A stretch of DNA of 64,000 nucleotides. It comes from Armatimonadota bacterium (GTDB lineage: Bacteria > Armatimonadota > SYMT01). The position numbers were made by a program, and so were the translations under genes. The notes below the pieces were generated by a model. It worked only from the letters and a program-made list of their open reading frames with translations, had not been told where the DNA came from and ran no database searches. Of the stretch, positions 36,738 to 47,032 are shown piece by piece; within the stretch, counting starts at the first letter, position 1; every line of letters begins with the position of its first letter. The stretch covers positions 122,110 through 186,109 of the forward strand of contig JAWLHY010000010.1 in the NCBI GenBank assembly GCA_041690135.1, in the 5' to 3' direction.

Positions 36738-39700
36738 TCATTGAACCGCCTTGGCGGCGACAATGGTGAGGTCAGTGAGGACTTCGCTGATCACCACCGG
36801 ATCGACACTGGCCAGGGGGACCCGGTCTTTATGGTCCGGGTACATCTCGGGGCGCCAGATCCCGGGCACGAAGAAACAGCGGGTCACCGTCTGGTTATCC
36901 CAGCCGTCCATGTAACCGACCGGCACGCCCTCTTCATATTCGACCACCGCGGTAACGTTGGCGCCGTAGAACGGCTTGGAGTGGGAGTAGAAGATCCCCG
37001 CATCCTCCGGGATTCCCCGCTGCCACTCGAGCTTCTCCAGGGTGAATACCAGCGACTGGGGCGCAATCTCCAGGTTCGTCCACCGGCAGAGCTCTTCCGC
37101 CACTTTCTCCGCGGGCTCAAGGCTCGAAATCGGACGGCCCAACTGCGCGAACGGCGGCACGATCTCGTAGTCACCCAGGAGCTCGCCCCACGCCTGCTTG
37201 TCTTCTTCGGAAAGGTGCAGCGGGTGGACGAGGCCCACCTCCGGGTAACCGTCCAGGGAGATCGGTTCGTCCTGCTGGTCCGCGAAAGACTGCTCTTCGG
37301 TCACCCGGAACGTCGCGGCCAGGTTACCGTCGGCGTCGTAGGCGCCCCACACCAGCAGGCGCACAAGGTTGGTCATGAGGGGGTGGCGCACCAGCAGGTT
37401 CTCGAAATCCTCGCGCGGCCAGCGCCGTCCGGTCACCATCGCCTGCTCCAGGCGCACCACCTGCGTCTTCACCACGTCGCCGACCTGCTTCTTCAGCAGC
37501 TTCCACTCTTCCGTCGCCTGGGCGGCCAGGGCCGGATCATCCTTTGCGTTCGGCTTCGGTAGGTCCGGGCGCACCTTGCCATCGGCCTCCCGGAGCATCG
37601 GCTTCATTCCCGGACCCAGGACGAACCGGAACTGGCGAGGACCGAAGTCGAACGTGCGGGTGCCGCGCTCGTCGAGGTCGCAGGTGGGGACGATGCGGTC
37701 TTCGAGCTGCGGCCGCGTGAAGCCGCGGTCCTTCGCGATCGCCTCCATGCACTCGCCCGCTTTGGTCTTGAGCCCTTTGAACGGCACCTTCTGCGCGATG
37801 CCGTTGATTAACATCAGCGCCGTATCGCTTCCGATGGCGCGCAAGCATTCCAGACCCAGTACGGCCCGCTGGTGCTGGCTTTCCCCAGGCCAGGCACGCA
37901 CCATCGGAGCCAGTTTCAGGGCGGACGCATCCGAACCGAGATGAGCCAGGGCGGTCATCGCCCACTTCTCCTTCGAAACCGCGCCATCCGCCAGCCAGAG
38001 CTCGAACAGGCGCCAGGCGAAACGGTTCAGCGAGCCACGGTCCACGTGTTTCCGAAGGCCCTGGAGAAGCGGGCCCGGTTCTCCCAGCGGATCGCGCTGC
38101 AGCGCACCAAGCACCTCCTGAACCTGCGCCTGGCTTAGGCAGCGATCACCGATGGCGATTAAAGGAAGGTCGGCGGGGCTCACCCACTGGGGCGGCGCGG
38201 CCTTCTTCTTGCCGGTGGCCGCTGCCAGGGCCTCGCGCAGCCAGGTGGGGGTGGAGGCCTCATCCAACGGATCGAGGGCAGACCCTTCTTCTTCCAGCAG
38301 GCTACGCACCTTCTCCGCCACGTCCGCGGGCGCCTGCTCCAGCGCGGCCTGGATGAGTGCCTTTGCACCCTTCCGACCCAATGCGCGCAGGTATTCCGCG
38401 GCCAACTCGGCCAGCTTTCCCCTTCCGGCCGCCGTGGGAATCAGTCCGACCACGGCATGTTCCGGGTGGGCTTCGAGCCACTGGCGCGCCGGGCGACCGG
38501 CCTTGGATGATACGGTGAGCTCCAGCATGTGGGGAGCCGCCTCCGGCGCCTTGACGGCGGCGAACGCCTCCAGAAGCTGCTCCGCGGCCTCTTTGTTTTC
38601 AGCGGTCGCCACCGCGTCATGGACCACGTCGAGAGCGCCGTATTCCGTATGGGCCAGCCAGGCGCCGACATACTCGGGCAGATGCAGGCGGAGCTTCAGC
38701 CGCCGCATGTGCGACTCGACCAGTCGCGGCTCTCCCAGGCCGAAAAGGATCTCCATGGGGCGGTCGTAGTAGTACGCGTACTGGCCCCCGAATTGATCGT
38801 CCGGCCATGCCTCCACGACAGCCCGCAATTCCTCGTGCATTCCAGTGATGGCCGCGAAGAAAAAGGCTGCCGGACGTGGCGAAGACCAGAGGTGGGGCTG
38901 GACCTGGGGCCTTACCAGGTCTCGGACTTGCGTCAACTCTGCCTCCGTCAGAAAGGGCAGCACCAGCGTACGGAAGCCCTGGCCGAACGCCTGACTCCGA
39001 TTGGACCAGTAGTTGCCCCACCAACTCTGGTTCCGGAACTCCTCGTCGCGGGCCAGAAGCCACTCCAGGACAACCGGAACCGAGAAGAGGTTGACCAGCG
39101 GCACGATCAGGTGCCCGGGCGTGTGCGCCATCTGCTGCTCGACGCGCGTGGTGATCTCCTCCAGGGTGATCTCGCCGGTAAACCCACGCTGCTTCAGGGC
39201 TTGCGCACGCTGGGAGTGGTCCACTTCGCCCGAAGTCGATTCCGGCAGTCCGAGCGCCTTGAGAGCTTTCAGAAACTCCGATCCATCCTTTGCGCTCCCG
39301 CGGCCCCAAACGATGAGGTGCCGGGCAAGGTCTTTGGGAGCGAAATCCTTCGGACGGGCGGACATCGCCAGCGCCCAGAAGTGAGCTTCTTCTCGGGTGA
39401 GTTTCGGAGCAATTCGCGCCTTCTCCCAGGCCCAGGTCCAGCCGTAGTGAGAGGTAGTGACCTTCGAGAGCCTCGCCGCAGCTTCATCGAGATCGAAGGG
39501 CGGGGCTTCCGGAAGGGAGCGCGGCGTGCGCGGTCGCCAGGTAGCCCACTGCCAGTCCTCCGACTTCAGATCGAGCGACCGCGATACGTGTGCGCTGCTG
39601 GGAGGATTCGTCTTTGGGGCGGTAACTACCGCTTCATCGATCTGCGCCTCACCCTGGCCGGTTTCATCCGCGGAGCTTGTGGGAGCTTGAGGCTTTCCCG

Positions 39701-40004
39701 ATACTGTTGACTTGCGTGGGGTGGACGGTGGCGCCACGCGGTTGGTCGGCGCAGGGGTCGCGGACGTGGAGGAAGCCGCCGGAATGGCGGTAACGCCCTG
39801 CTCCACGTAGCCTTTCTTGACCTTCTCGGCGATCAGCTTTTCGGCGGACTTCTGCGCCTCCGCCTCCGAGCCGAACTCCTTGGTCTGCGTCTGCCCGGTC
39901 GTTCCGATTCGCCCGTACTGGACGGTATAGCCGGCGTCCTCGACCGATATCCGCCAGAACTTGTGCGAACTGCCCTCGCTGAATTGGAACTCTCTCGTCG
40001 CCAT
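36738..40004 (-). CDS. WGR-domain + DUF4132 protein (MolR-like), 1088 aa
   Basis: N-terminal MATREFQFSEGSSHKFWRISVEDAGYTVQYGRIG..KGYVE is a WGR domain; long C-terminal region resembles DUF4132. Confidence 0.75.
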   Translation of the reverse strand: MATREFQFSEGSSHKFWRISVEDAGYTVQYGRIGTTGQTQTKEFGSEAEAQKSAEKLIAEKVKKGYVEQGVTAIPAASSTSATPAPTNRVAPPSTPRKSTVSGKPQAPTSSADETGQGEAQIDEAVVTAPKTNPPSSAHVSRSLDLKSEDWQWATWRPRTPRSLPEAPPFDLDEAAARLSKVTTSHYGWTWAWEKARIAPKLTREEAHFWALAMSARPKDFAPKDLARHLIVWGRGSAKDGSEFLKALKALGLPESTSGEVDHSQRAQALKQRGFTGEITLEEITTRVEQQMAHTPGHLIVPLVNLFSVPVVLEWLLARDEEFRNQSWWGNYWSNRSQAFGQGFRTLVLPFLTEAELTQVRDLVRPQVQPHLWSSPRPAAFFFAAITGMHEELRAVVEAWPDDQFGGQYAYYYDRPMEILFGLGEPRLVESHMRRLKLRLHLPEYVGAWLAHTEYGALDVVHDAVATAENKEAAEQLLEAFAAVKAPEAAPHMLELTVSSKAGRPARQWLEAHPEHAVVGLIPTAAGRGKLAELAAEYLRALGRKGAKALIQAALEQAPADVAEKVRSLLEEEGSALDPLDEASTPTWLREALAAATGKKKAAPPQWVSPADLPLIAIGDRCLSQAQVQEVLGALQRDPLGEPGPLLQGLRKHVDRGSLNRFAWRLFELWLADGAVSKEKWAMTALAHLGSDASALKLAPMVRAWPGESQHQRAVLGLECLRAIGSDTALMLINGIAQKVPFKGLKTKAGECMEAIAKDRGFTRPQLEDRIVPTCDLDERGTRTFDFGPRQFRFVLGPGMKPMLREADGKVRPDLPKPNAKDDPALAAQATEEWKLLKKQVGDVVKTQVVRLEQAMVTGRRWPREDFENLLVRHPLMTNLVRLLVWGAYDADGNLAATFRVTEEQSFADQQDEPISLDGYPEVGLVHPLHLSEEDKQAWGELLGDYEIVPPFAQLGRPISSLEPAEKVAEELCRWTNLEIAPQSLVFTLEKLEWQRGIPEDAGIFYSHSKPFYGANVTAVVEYEEGVPVGYMDGWDNQTVTRCFFVPGIWRPEMYPDHKDRVPLASVDPVVISEVLTDLTIVAAKAVQ

Positions 40005-40212
40005 TCACCTACCCCCGGCCGCATCATTGCAACACTCGTAACCTGTTTCCTGCCGGGACCGCCTGGTCCTCCCTCCCGCCGTGGAGGCGAACTCAAGGGT
40101 GAGGGCGCCGGGCTCATAAATCCCTGTAGGTCTGCCAAGCACCCGCCTATAATCTGTTTACCTGTGGCAAGGTCTGGCATTTGGAAGCCGTGGCATAGTG
40201 TGTGAGGCCAAG

Positions 40213-42321
40213 ATGATTTCGAACGAACGCGAGAACCGCATCGGACCTTGCAGTTCAACCCATCTGGATAACACCACCGACCTGCGCTCGTTGCTGGCAC
40301 ACGCGCGGTGCCTCTTGTGGCGAGCCGTCGTCGAGGCCCCTCCTCCAGGCGAGGAGGGTTTCCGCTGGACCTTTTCGTTTTTCGACGAAGAAACCGCGCA
40401 GCGCTTCCTGCCGCTGGAACTGCTGCCCGGCGAAACGTATGCGAAAGCCTTCTACCGGCACAAGCCGGAAGCAGATCGCCAACTGGCCGATCGCATTGCG
40501 GGGGAGGCCCTGCGGAATGGACTGCCGGCGTACCAGCACGATACCCGTTGCCGGCGAAGAGATGGGGAGATCCGCTGGCTCCACGAGGAAGTGCAACTCG
40601 AGGCCATCTCACCGGGACGCTGGCAGGCGATTGGCACGTGCACCGATATCACCGATCGCCGGCTTGCCGAGGAAGCGCTGCGGGAAAGCGAGGCCCGTTA
40701 CCGAGCGTCCTTCGAACACACCAAAGTGGCTGTGGTCCATACGGATCTGGAGCACCGCTTCGTGCGGACGAATGCCGCCTTTGCCCAGATGTTCGGCTAT
40801 TCGGAAGAAGAGATTCTCCAACTCTCGATGCCGGACATCACCCATCCCAATCACCTGGGCGAGAGCATCCAACAACGGATGCCCCTGCTCGCCGGAGAGA
40901 GCGACTTTTTCCAGATGGAGAAGCGCTACCTTCATCGGGACGGACATGTACTCTGGGGACTTACCAACGTCGCACTGGTGCGGGACTCTTACGGCCGTCC
41001 ATCTTTCTATTTGGGACAGGTACAGGACATTACCGCGCGGAAGCAGGCCGAAGAACGTGCCCTGGGCCTGGCGAATGGCTTGCGCGAGGTGCTATCCGCC
41101 GTGGATCTCCTCCTGGCGTGCGAGACCCTGGACCAACTTTTGAAAAGGGGAGTCGAAACGGCTCGCGAGCGACTGGGGCTGGAGCGCTGCTCCATCTTCC
41201 TGGTAGATAGATCCGGGCAACAGGTCGTAGGTTCCTACGGCACGGACGGCGAGGGTCGGACGACGGATGAACGCACGGTTTGTGGGGAGATCAATGCGGA
41301 GTGGGAGCGCTACCTCCAGGGAGATGCGACCACCGGAGCCCGGTGGTCGCTCATTGCAGACCATCCGCTGAACTATTGGGACCAGGGTGAGTGTCGCTAT
41401 CTGGGAAAGAATAGTTGGAGCGCCGCAACTCCCATCCAGGGCCCGGCCGGGCCCATCGGTGTCCTTTTCAACGACTCGGCGCTGACGGGAGCCCCGCTGG
41501 ACCGGACGCAACAGGAGGTGGTGGTTGTCTACGCAAGATTGCTCGGCAGCCTGATCCAGAACCAGCTTGCGGAAGAGAGGCTGCGCGCCAAAGACCGTGA
41601 AGTCCGGGCCATGACCGAGCAACTCTGGCAGGCGGCGAAACTGGCCACGATGGGCGAGCTGGCGGCGAGCATCGCGCACGAATTGAACAACCCGCTGGGC
41701 ATTATGAGCCTGCGATTGGAAGAACTGCTGATGGATGTCGCCGATGGGCCGCAAGCGGATTCGCTGCGGGTAGTTGAGGGTGAAATCCAGCGCATGGCGG
41801 GTCTCGTTTCCAACCTCTTGCAGTTCAGCCGGCGGAACAGGCAGCACATCTCCACGGTGGATCTTTCGGTCGAGGTCGAAAACGCGTTGGAGCTGGTGAG
41901 TTACCTCTTCCCCAAGCACAACATCCAGGTGTCCCGCGAGTACTCGCCGAACGTCCCCCCGGTCCTAGCGGACCGGCAGCAGATCCGTCAACTTCTGCTG
42001 AACCTGATTGTGAATGCGATCGACGCCATGGCCGGGGGAGGCACGCTTACCGTAAGGGTGACCTCGAATGGGTGGGCCACGGTCGAGATCATCGATACCG
42101 GGACGGGCATCCCCGCGGAGCTGCTGGAACGGGTTACGGAGCCGTTTTTTACGACCAAGGCGGAGGGCAAAGGCACCGGACTGGGTCTGAGCATCTGCCA
42201 GCGGATCGTGCAGGACCACCACGGCCGGATGGAGGTTGAGAGCCAGCCGGGTCGTGGCACCACCATTCGCGTGCGACTGGTGAAAGTCAACCGCACCACC
42301 GCATCATACCTTGCAGATTAG
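40213..42321 (+). CDS. Sensor histidine kinase (PAS/GAF sensory region, HisKA, HATPase_c)
   Basis: H-box AASIAHELNNPLG, N/G boxes (NLIVNAIDAM, GTGLGLSICQ); no transmembrane segments; ATG 40213 with gagg SD. Confidence 0.85.
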   Translation: MISNERENRIGPCSSTHLDNTTDLRSLLAHARCLLWRAVVEAPPPGEEGFRWTFSFFDEETAQRFLPLELLPGETYAKAFYRHKPEADRQLADRIAGEALRNGLPAYQHDTRCRRRDGEIRWLHEEVQLEAISPGRWQAIGTCTDITDRRLAEEALRESEARYRASFEHTKVAVVHTDLEHRFVRTNAAFAQMFGYSEEEILQLSMPDITHPNHLGESIQQRMPLLAGESDFFQMEKRYLHRDGHVLWGLTNVALVRDSYGRPSFYLGQVQDITARKQAEERALGLANGLREVLSAVDLLLACETLDQLLKRGVETARERLGLERCSIFLVDRSGQQVVGSYGTDGEGRTTDERTVCGEINAEWERYLQGDATTGARWSLIADHPLNYWDQGECRYLGKNSWSAATPIQGPAGPIGVLFNDSALTGAPLDRTQQEVVVVYARLLGSLIQNQLAEERLRAKDREVRAMTEQLWQAAKLATMGELAASIAHELNNPLGIMSLRLEELLMDVADGPQADSLRVVEGEIQRMAGLVSNLLQFSRRNRQHISTVDLSVEVENALELVSYLFPKHNIQVSREYSPNVPPVLADRQQIRQLLLNLIVNAIDAMAGGGTLTVRVTSNGWATVEIIDTGTGIPAELLERVTEPFFTTKAEGKGTGLGLSICQRIVQDHHGRMEVESQPGRGTTIRVRLVKVNRTTASYLAD

Positions 42322-42330
42322 GAGGCCATC

Positions 42331-44481
42331 GTGTCGCAAGGCAAGCTGGGACGCGTGCTTGTAGTCGATGACGAGCCGGAAATGGTCGGGACGTTGTGTC
42401 GCCTGCTGGAACGCCATGGCTATGAGGCCATCGGGCGAGAGGAGGGAAGTGCGGCCCTCGTGCTACTCGGCCAGGAAGACTTCGACCTGCTGCTGACCGA
42501 TCTGATGATGCCCGGAATGGACGGGCTGACCCTGATGGAACTGGCGCAGCAGCTCGATCCACAGGTCGTCTGCATCGTCATGACCGGCCAGGCGACCGTG
42601 CAAACCGCGGTTGACGCCATGAAGCTCGGGGCCTTTGACTATATCACCAAACCGTTCAAACTGCACGAGCTACTACCGGTGTTTGCGCGGGCCCTGGAGA
42701 TGCGCCGTATCCGCATGGAAAACGTGCAACTGCGGCAAACGGTGGCCATGCAAGAGCTCACCAGCGCACTCACCTTGACGCTCGAGCGAGAGACGATCCT
42801 GGAGAAGGTCGCGGACGCGGCCCTGCAGCAATGCGATGCGGACGAGGCTTCGATTCTGCTCTACTCGCCCGGGGACCACGTTTTTCAGGTCGCGGTCATC
42901 GGTGGCGATTGGACGGGGCCGGGAGTTGGTGAGCAACTGCCTATCGCTCCGGAGGTGGCCCCATGGTTGGAGCAGCACCAGGCAAGGGTCACCGACGCGG
43001 ACGGTACGGAGCCGTTGTTTCCGCCCATCCGAACCGGCCCCGGATTGTCGGCGGTCTCTGTTCCCATGTTGCTGGGTGGGCGCCTGATCGGGGTCCTCCA
43101 CGTTGCCCGCAAGAAGAGCGCGCGTCCTTTCGCCCCGGGGCAGGTGAAAGGCCTCACCATCCTCGCGGGAACGGCATCTGCCGCACTGGAAAGTGCGCGT
43201 CTCGTCCAGCAGCTACGCGAATCCAATCGGAGGCTGGAGTTGGCTCTGGAAGAACTCCAGAAGGCCCAGCAGCAGATCCTGGAACAAGAGCGTCTCAGCG
43301 CACTCGGTCAGATGGCCAGCGGAATAGCGCACGATTTCAACAACGCACTGGCGCCCATCCTGGGCTTCGCCGACCTGCTGGTCCGGTTACCGGAGAACCG
43401 CAACAATCCCGAGACTCTCACCAGCTACCTGGAGTACATTCGCATCGGTGCGGGGGATGCCGCGGCCGTGGTGCGGCGCCTGCGCGAATTCTACCGGGGC
43501 CGCGAGGAAGAAGACGCGTTCCAGCCGATCGACCTTCGGGAAGTGGTAGAGCAGACCGTCTCGCTGACGCAGCCCCGGTGGAAAGATCAAACCCAAGCCC
43601 AGGGGCGGACGGTTCGCATCGATACCCGGCTGGCTTCGGTCGCGCCCGTCATGGGCGATGAATCGCAACTCCGCGAACTCTTGACAAATCTTATCTTCAA
43701 TGCGGTGGATGCCATGCCGAATGGCGGAAGCATTTGTATTGCAACCGGAACCGACGGGACCCATGCGATCCTGGAAGTGAGCGACGAAGGCACGGGGATG
43801 CCGGAAGAGGTACGGCAACACTGTCTCGATCCATTCTTCACCACCAAGGGGGAAAAGGGCACGGGGCTCGGGCTCTCGATGGTTTACGGCATCACCAAAC
43901 GGCACCATGGAAGCCTGGAGATCGAGAGTGAAGTTGGAAAAGGCACGACGTTCCGCATGCGGCTCCCCTTTGGACGGACGGCGGTTGCCGATAACGCCCC
44001 GCAGCACTCCCCTATTCCCATGCGCCTGCACGTCCTTGTGGTGGACGATGAGGCGATGGTCCGCAACCTGGTCGCCACCTACTTCGCAGCCGACGGTCAC
44101 ACCACGGAGACCGCGGCAAGCGCCCGAGAAGCGCTGGAGCGGTTCCGCCCCGGCGCCTTCGATCTGGTGGTCACCGACCGGGCGATGCCCGACGGCAGTG
44201 GCGATCAGTTGGCGGTAGCCATTCGCCAAATCGCGGCCGACCAGCCCATTATCCTGCTGACCGGCTTTGGTGAGTTGATGATCGCCAGAAGCGAGCTTCC
44301 GGAAGGAGTCGACGTCATTCTGGGAAAGCCCGTTACCCTGGGCGAACTCCGGGAGGCCGTCTCCAAAGCGTTGACCACACCTGCCGCGCCGCCGTCGAGT
44401 GCACCCGACCATGCATCCCCTCGGGCGAGCCGGAGCTCCACCGAGGCGCTGTTACCAGGCGGTGTGGTGGCATGCAACTAA
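42331..44481 (+). CDS. Hybrid histidine kinase (REC - GAF-like - HisKA - HATPase_c - REC)
   Basis: N-terminal receiver (VLVVDDEPEM..DLLLTDLMMPGMDG), H-box MASGIAHDFNNAL, ATPase motifs, C-terminal receiver (VLVVDDEAMVR..DLVVTDRAMPDGSG); GTG start after taggagg SD. Confidence 0.85.
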   Translation: MSQGKLGRVLVVDDEPEMVGTLCRLLERHGYEAIGREEGSAALVLLGQEDFDLLLTDLMMPGMDGLTLMELAQQLDPQVVCIVMTGQATVQTAVDAMKLGAFDYITKPFKLHELLPVFARALEMRRIRMENVQLRQTVAMQELTSALTLTLERETILEKVADAALQQCDADEASILLYSPGDHVFQVAVIGGDWTGPGVGEQLPIAPEVAPWLEQHQARVTDADGTEPLFPPIRTGPGLSAVSVPMLLGGRLIGVLHVARKKSARPFAPGQVKGLTILAGTASAALESARLVQQLRESNRRLELALEELQKAQQQILEQERLSALGQMASGIAHDFNNALAPILGFADLLVRLPENRNNPETLTSYLEYIRIGAGDAAAVVRRLREFYRGREEEDAFQPIDLREVVEQTVSLTQPRWKDQTQAQGRTVRIDTRLASVAPVMGDESQLRELLTNLIFNAVDAMPNGGSICIATGTDGTHAILEVSDEGTGMPEEVRQHCLDPFFTTKGEKGTGLGLSMVYGITKRHHGSLEIESEVGKGTTFRMRLPFGRTAVADNAPQHSPIPMRLHVLVVDDEAMVRNLVATYFAADGHTTETAASAREALERFRPGAFDLVVTDRAMPDGSGDQLAVAIRQIAADQPIILLTGFGELMIARSELPEGVDVILGKPVTLGELREAVSKALTTPAAPPSSAPDHASPRASRSSTEALLPGGVVACN

Positions 44482-44735
44482 GTGTGCGTGGGATAACCTG
44501 CGCTGTTCCAAAGGACGGAGTGGACGCGGTCACCGTCGCCCGCGACGGAATGGAATTCTCCAATACCCCCTCCGCGGGTACCCGACGCATGCGCGCGGCT
44601 ACGGCGGAGTGATCTCCTCCGGGGTTGGTGCGGCACCAGTCCGGATCAAGCCTACTCGTTGCCTCACCAACCCCTTGTTCGAATCTGGGCCGAACATCAC
44701 CCCGGTCAAGCGACACCGGCGACGGCGGTATGGCC

Positions 44736-45290
44736 TTACACTATCCGGCGGCGCATGCCGGCTTGCGCGTGCGGCTCGGCGGCAGTGTCGACCGCCTCGG
44801 CTTCCACTTCCGCCTCCGCCTCCGCCTCAAGGGGCGTTTCGCGGAGGATGGATAGTTCCAGTGCCACCAACGCCGCCAGTTGGAGGAAAAAGCGTGCCAG
44901 GTGCGCATACTCCCACTGGTTGCGGACCTGCACCCAATCCGTAGGGGGAGCGTTTACCGGCCAGCTCGCCATCAAGGTATTGGTGGGGGCTACCCAGATC
45001 CAGAACACCGCATGCGCGAGGGCCATCAGGGCAGCGCCGATAACCGTTGGCCAGTATGCGGGACGGCGATTGCGAACCAGGTACGCAAGCACGAGGGTCG
45101 CAGCCACCGCGCCGACTTCCATGTATCCACCAATCTTGCCGTAGAACACATAGAGCGTGCGGTGCAGCGTGAGATAGAGCGCAGCATCGTAATCCATCTT
45201 CGGCCGGAGTTCGAGCGCGTGGCTGAAGGCCAAGCCCATGCTAAGCGCCATCAGCGTGATTGCGATCAACCGCCAGATTCGCAGAGCCAT
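44736..45290 (-). CDS. DUF1772-like membrane protein with acidic (EA)n tail
   Basis: Start at MALRIWRLIAITLMALSMGLAFSHALE (aaggag SD); C-terminal EAEAEAEVEAEA encoded by hexamer repeat near 44793-44828. Confidence 0.65.
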   Translation of the reverse strand: MALRIWRLIAITLMALSMGLAFSHALELRPKMDYDAALYLTLHRTLYVFYGKIGGYMEVGAVAATLVLAYLVRNRRPAYWPTVIGAALMALAHAVFWIWVAPTNTLMASWPVNAPPTDWVQVRNQWEYAHLARFFLQLAALVALELSILRETPLEAEAEAEVEAEAVDTAAEPHAQAGMRRRIV

Positions 45291-45384
45291 CCGGTTCTCC
45301 TTGCCTTTTCGCGCCCGTTCTCCGTGCCAGTTTCCCGCGCCGCCCAGCACGCTCAAACCACGGGGCCGCGGGACCAGGGCCAGG

Positions 45385-46011
45385 CTACGCCGTCTCGTCG
45401 GTTCCGCCCGGCAGACCCCTACCCCATTCGAGAACTTCTACTCTAACCCTCGCGCGACCGGCCGAGACATAGCCGAGTTGCTCCGCCGCCCGGCGCGAGA
45501 GATCGATGATCGGTCGCCGAGCCCGATGGGGCGCGCTGAAGGGACCCCGATCCACAACTCTCACCTTTACGGACCGGTCGTTGCGCAGGTTGGTGACCCG
45601 TAGGATCGTACCGAACGGATAAGCGCGATGAGCGGCGACCATCTGGTTTTGCCGGAACGGAATGCCGCTGGCGGTCCGGCGACCTTCGAAGTGATCGGCG
45701 TAGTACGTGGCGCCACCGGTGACCTGCTCCAGGACCGGTTCAGGAAGCGCCTCGCGCAAGCGCTCCGGGGTTTGTTCCGGGGTGGCATCGGGATGGGGCA
45801 CAGGCTCCGGCGCCGGCGCTTCCCGCAGAACCGGATACCGGGCCTTGAGCATCTCCACCACATCCGGTGGAACCCGCGGCGGCAGTTGGGCAGTGATGGT
45901 GGGCGCCTTCGACACGCCCGGGGAAGTCTCTGGCCGCGGACTGGCGGTGCAGCCGGCCAGGGTAACACACAGCGGCACCCAGAGAAACGGGGGCCGCGAT
46001 AGCATCTTCAT
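45385..46011 (-). CDS. rlpA: RlpA-like lipoprotein (DPBB domain)
   Basis: Lipobox LAGCTA; GGATYYADHFEGRRTASGIPF..VKVRVVDRGPF double-psi beta-barrel signature. Confidence 0.8.
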   Translation of the reverse strand: MKMLSRPPFLWVPLCVTLAGCTASPRPETSPGVSKAPTITAQLPPRVPPDVVEMLKARYPVLREAPAPEPVPHPDATPEQTPERLREALPEPVLEQVTGGATYYADHFEGRRTASGIPFRQNQMVAAHRAYPFGTILRVTNLRNDRSVKVRVVDRGPFSAPHRARRPIIDLSRRAAEQLGYVSAGRARVRVEVLEWGRGLPGGTDETA

Positions 46012-46366
46012 CTTCTAACCTCTTGCTGATTTGGTCTCCTTGGCAACGAGCGGAATATCCGCATACGGCCTGTTTTCCATGGATCTTCCGATCTCACACT
46101 TCCCAACTGTAAGGCCAACCGCTCTTCTTGTGGCGGCTACAGCCTGGGAATGGCCAGGTGCCTGGGTTGGACTGGATACAACGAGCCAGCCCAGGGCCAG
46201 CCATGGATTGGCGCAAACAACCACGCGGGCGGAGGAGAGTGAAGGAGAAAAGCCGGGCTCGTTTGTTTCAGCGGCAGCAGGCGCGGACACAAGGAATACG
46301 GGCGCGCAGACAACGGCACTCACTCGTCCCTGTAATTCGTTTGTTCAACCCGATGAAGCACACAAG

Positions 46367-46957
46367 ATGAGCAAGAAGATCGCCATTATTCAGGGACATC
46401 CGGACCCGGTCGGTCATCACTTCGGACATGCCCTCGCCGACGCTTACATGGAGGGCGCGGGCGAAGCCAGCCATGAGACTCGCACCCTCGAAGTGGCTCG
46501 ACTGGAGTTTCCCCTCCTGCACACGAAGACGGACTTCGAGCACGGCACGCCTCCGGAAGACATCCTGAAAGCCCAGGAGACCGTCCGCTGGGCGGATCAT
46601 CTCGTGCTCCTGTATCCGCTGTGGCTCGGCGGCATGCCGGCCGTGCTCAAGGGATTTCTGGAGCAACTCTTCCGTCCCGCCTTCGTGACCGGCGCGGCGG
46701 ACGACTTCGCGCATACCTCGGCCAGAGCGCTCAAGGGGAAGACAGCGCAGGTCGTGGTCACCATGGGCATGCCGGCGATGGCCTACCAGTGGTTCTACGG
46801 CGCACACAGCCTGAAAAGCCTGGAGCGGAACATCCTCGGCTTCTGTGGAATCGGGCCGATCCACCACACGCTGATTGGGATGGTGGAAGCGGGAGACGAC
46901 GCGGACCGGGCCAAATGGCTGGAAAAACTGCGTGAACTGGGGCGGGAGGGCAAGTAG
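46367..46957 (+). CDS. Flavodoxin-like NAD(P)H-dependent oxidoreductase
   Basis: MSKKIAIIQGHPDP..LVLLYPLWLGGMPAVLKGFLEQ typical of Flavodoxin_2/NQO-type; ORF-track start 46031 rejected as extension. Confidence 0.8.
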   Translation: MSKKIAIIQGHPDPVGHHFGHALADAYMEGAGEASHETRTLEVARLEFPLLHTKTDFEHGTPPEDILKAQETVRWADHLVLLYPLWLGGMPAVLKGFLEQLFRPAFVTGAADDFAHTSARALKGKTAQVVVTMGMPAMAYQWFYGAHSLKSLERNILGFCGIGPIHHTLIGMVEAGDDADRAKWLEKLRELGREGK

Positions 46958-47032
46958 CCCTCCCTGCACCCAGGATGGCCGGCCCGTTCGTGCCGAAGAA
47001 CGGGCCGGCCTTGAAGCAAGTTGGGGATGCGA

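Noticed and set aside
44793-44828. Hexamer repeat (CGCCTC)n as a possible variable tandem repeat
   Set aside because: Its period is a multiple of 3 and simply encodes an (EA)n acidic tail in the DUF1772-like protein; short and imperfect.
46015-46323. 102-aa minus-strand ORF with signal-peptide-like start, directly upstream of rlpA
   Set aside because: Third-codon-position GC is only about 50% in the stretch checked, well below neighbouring genes; no recognisable domain. Could still be a small real gene, so low confidence either way.
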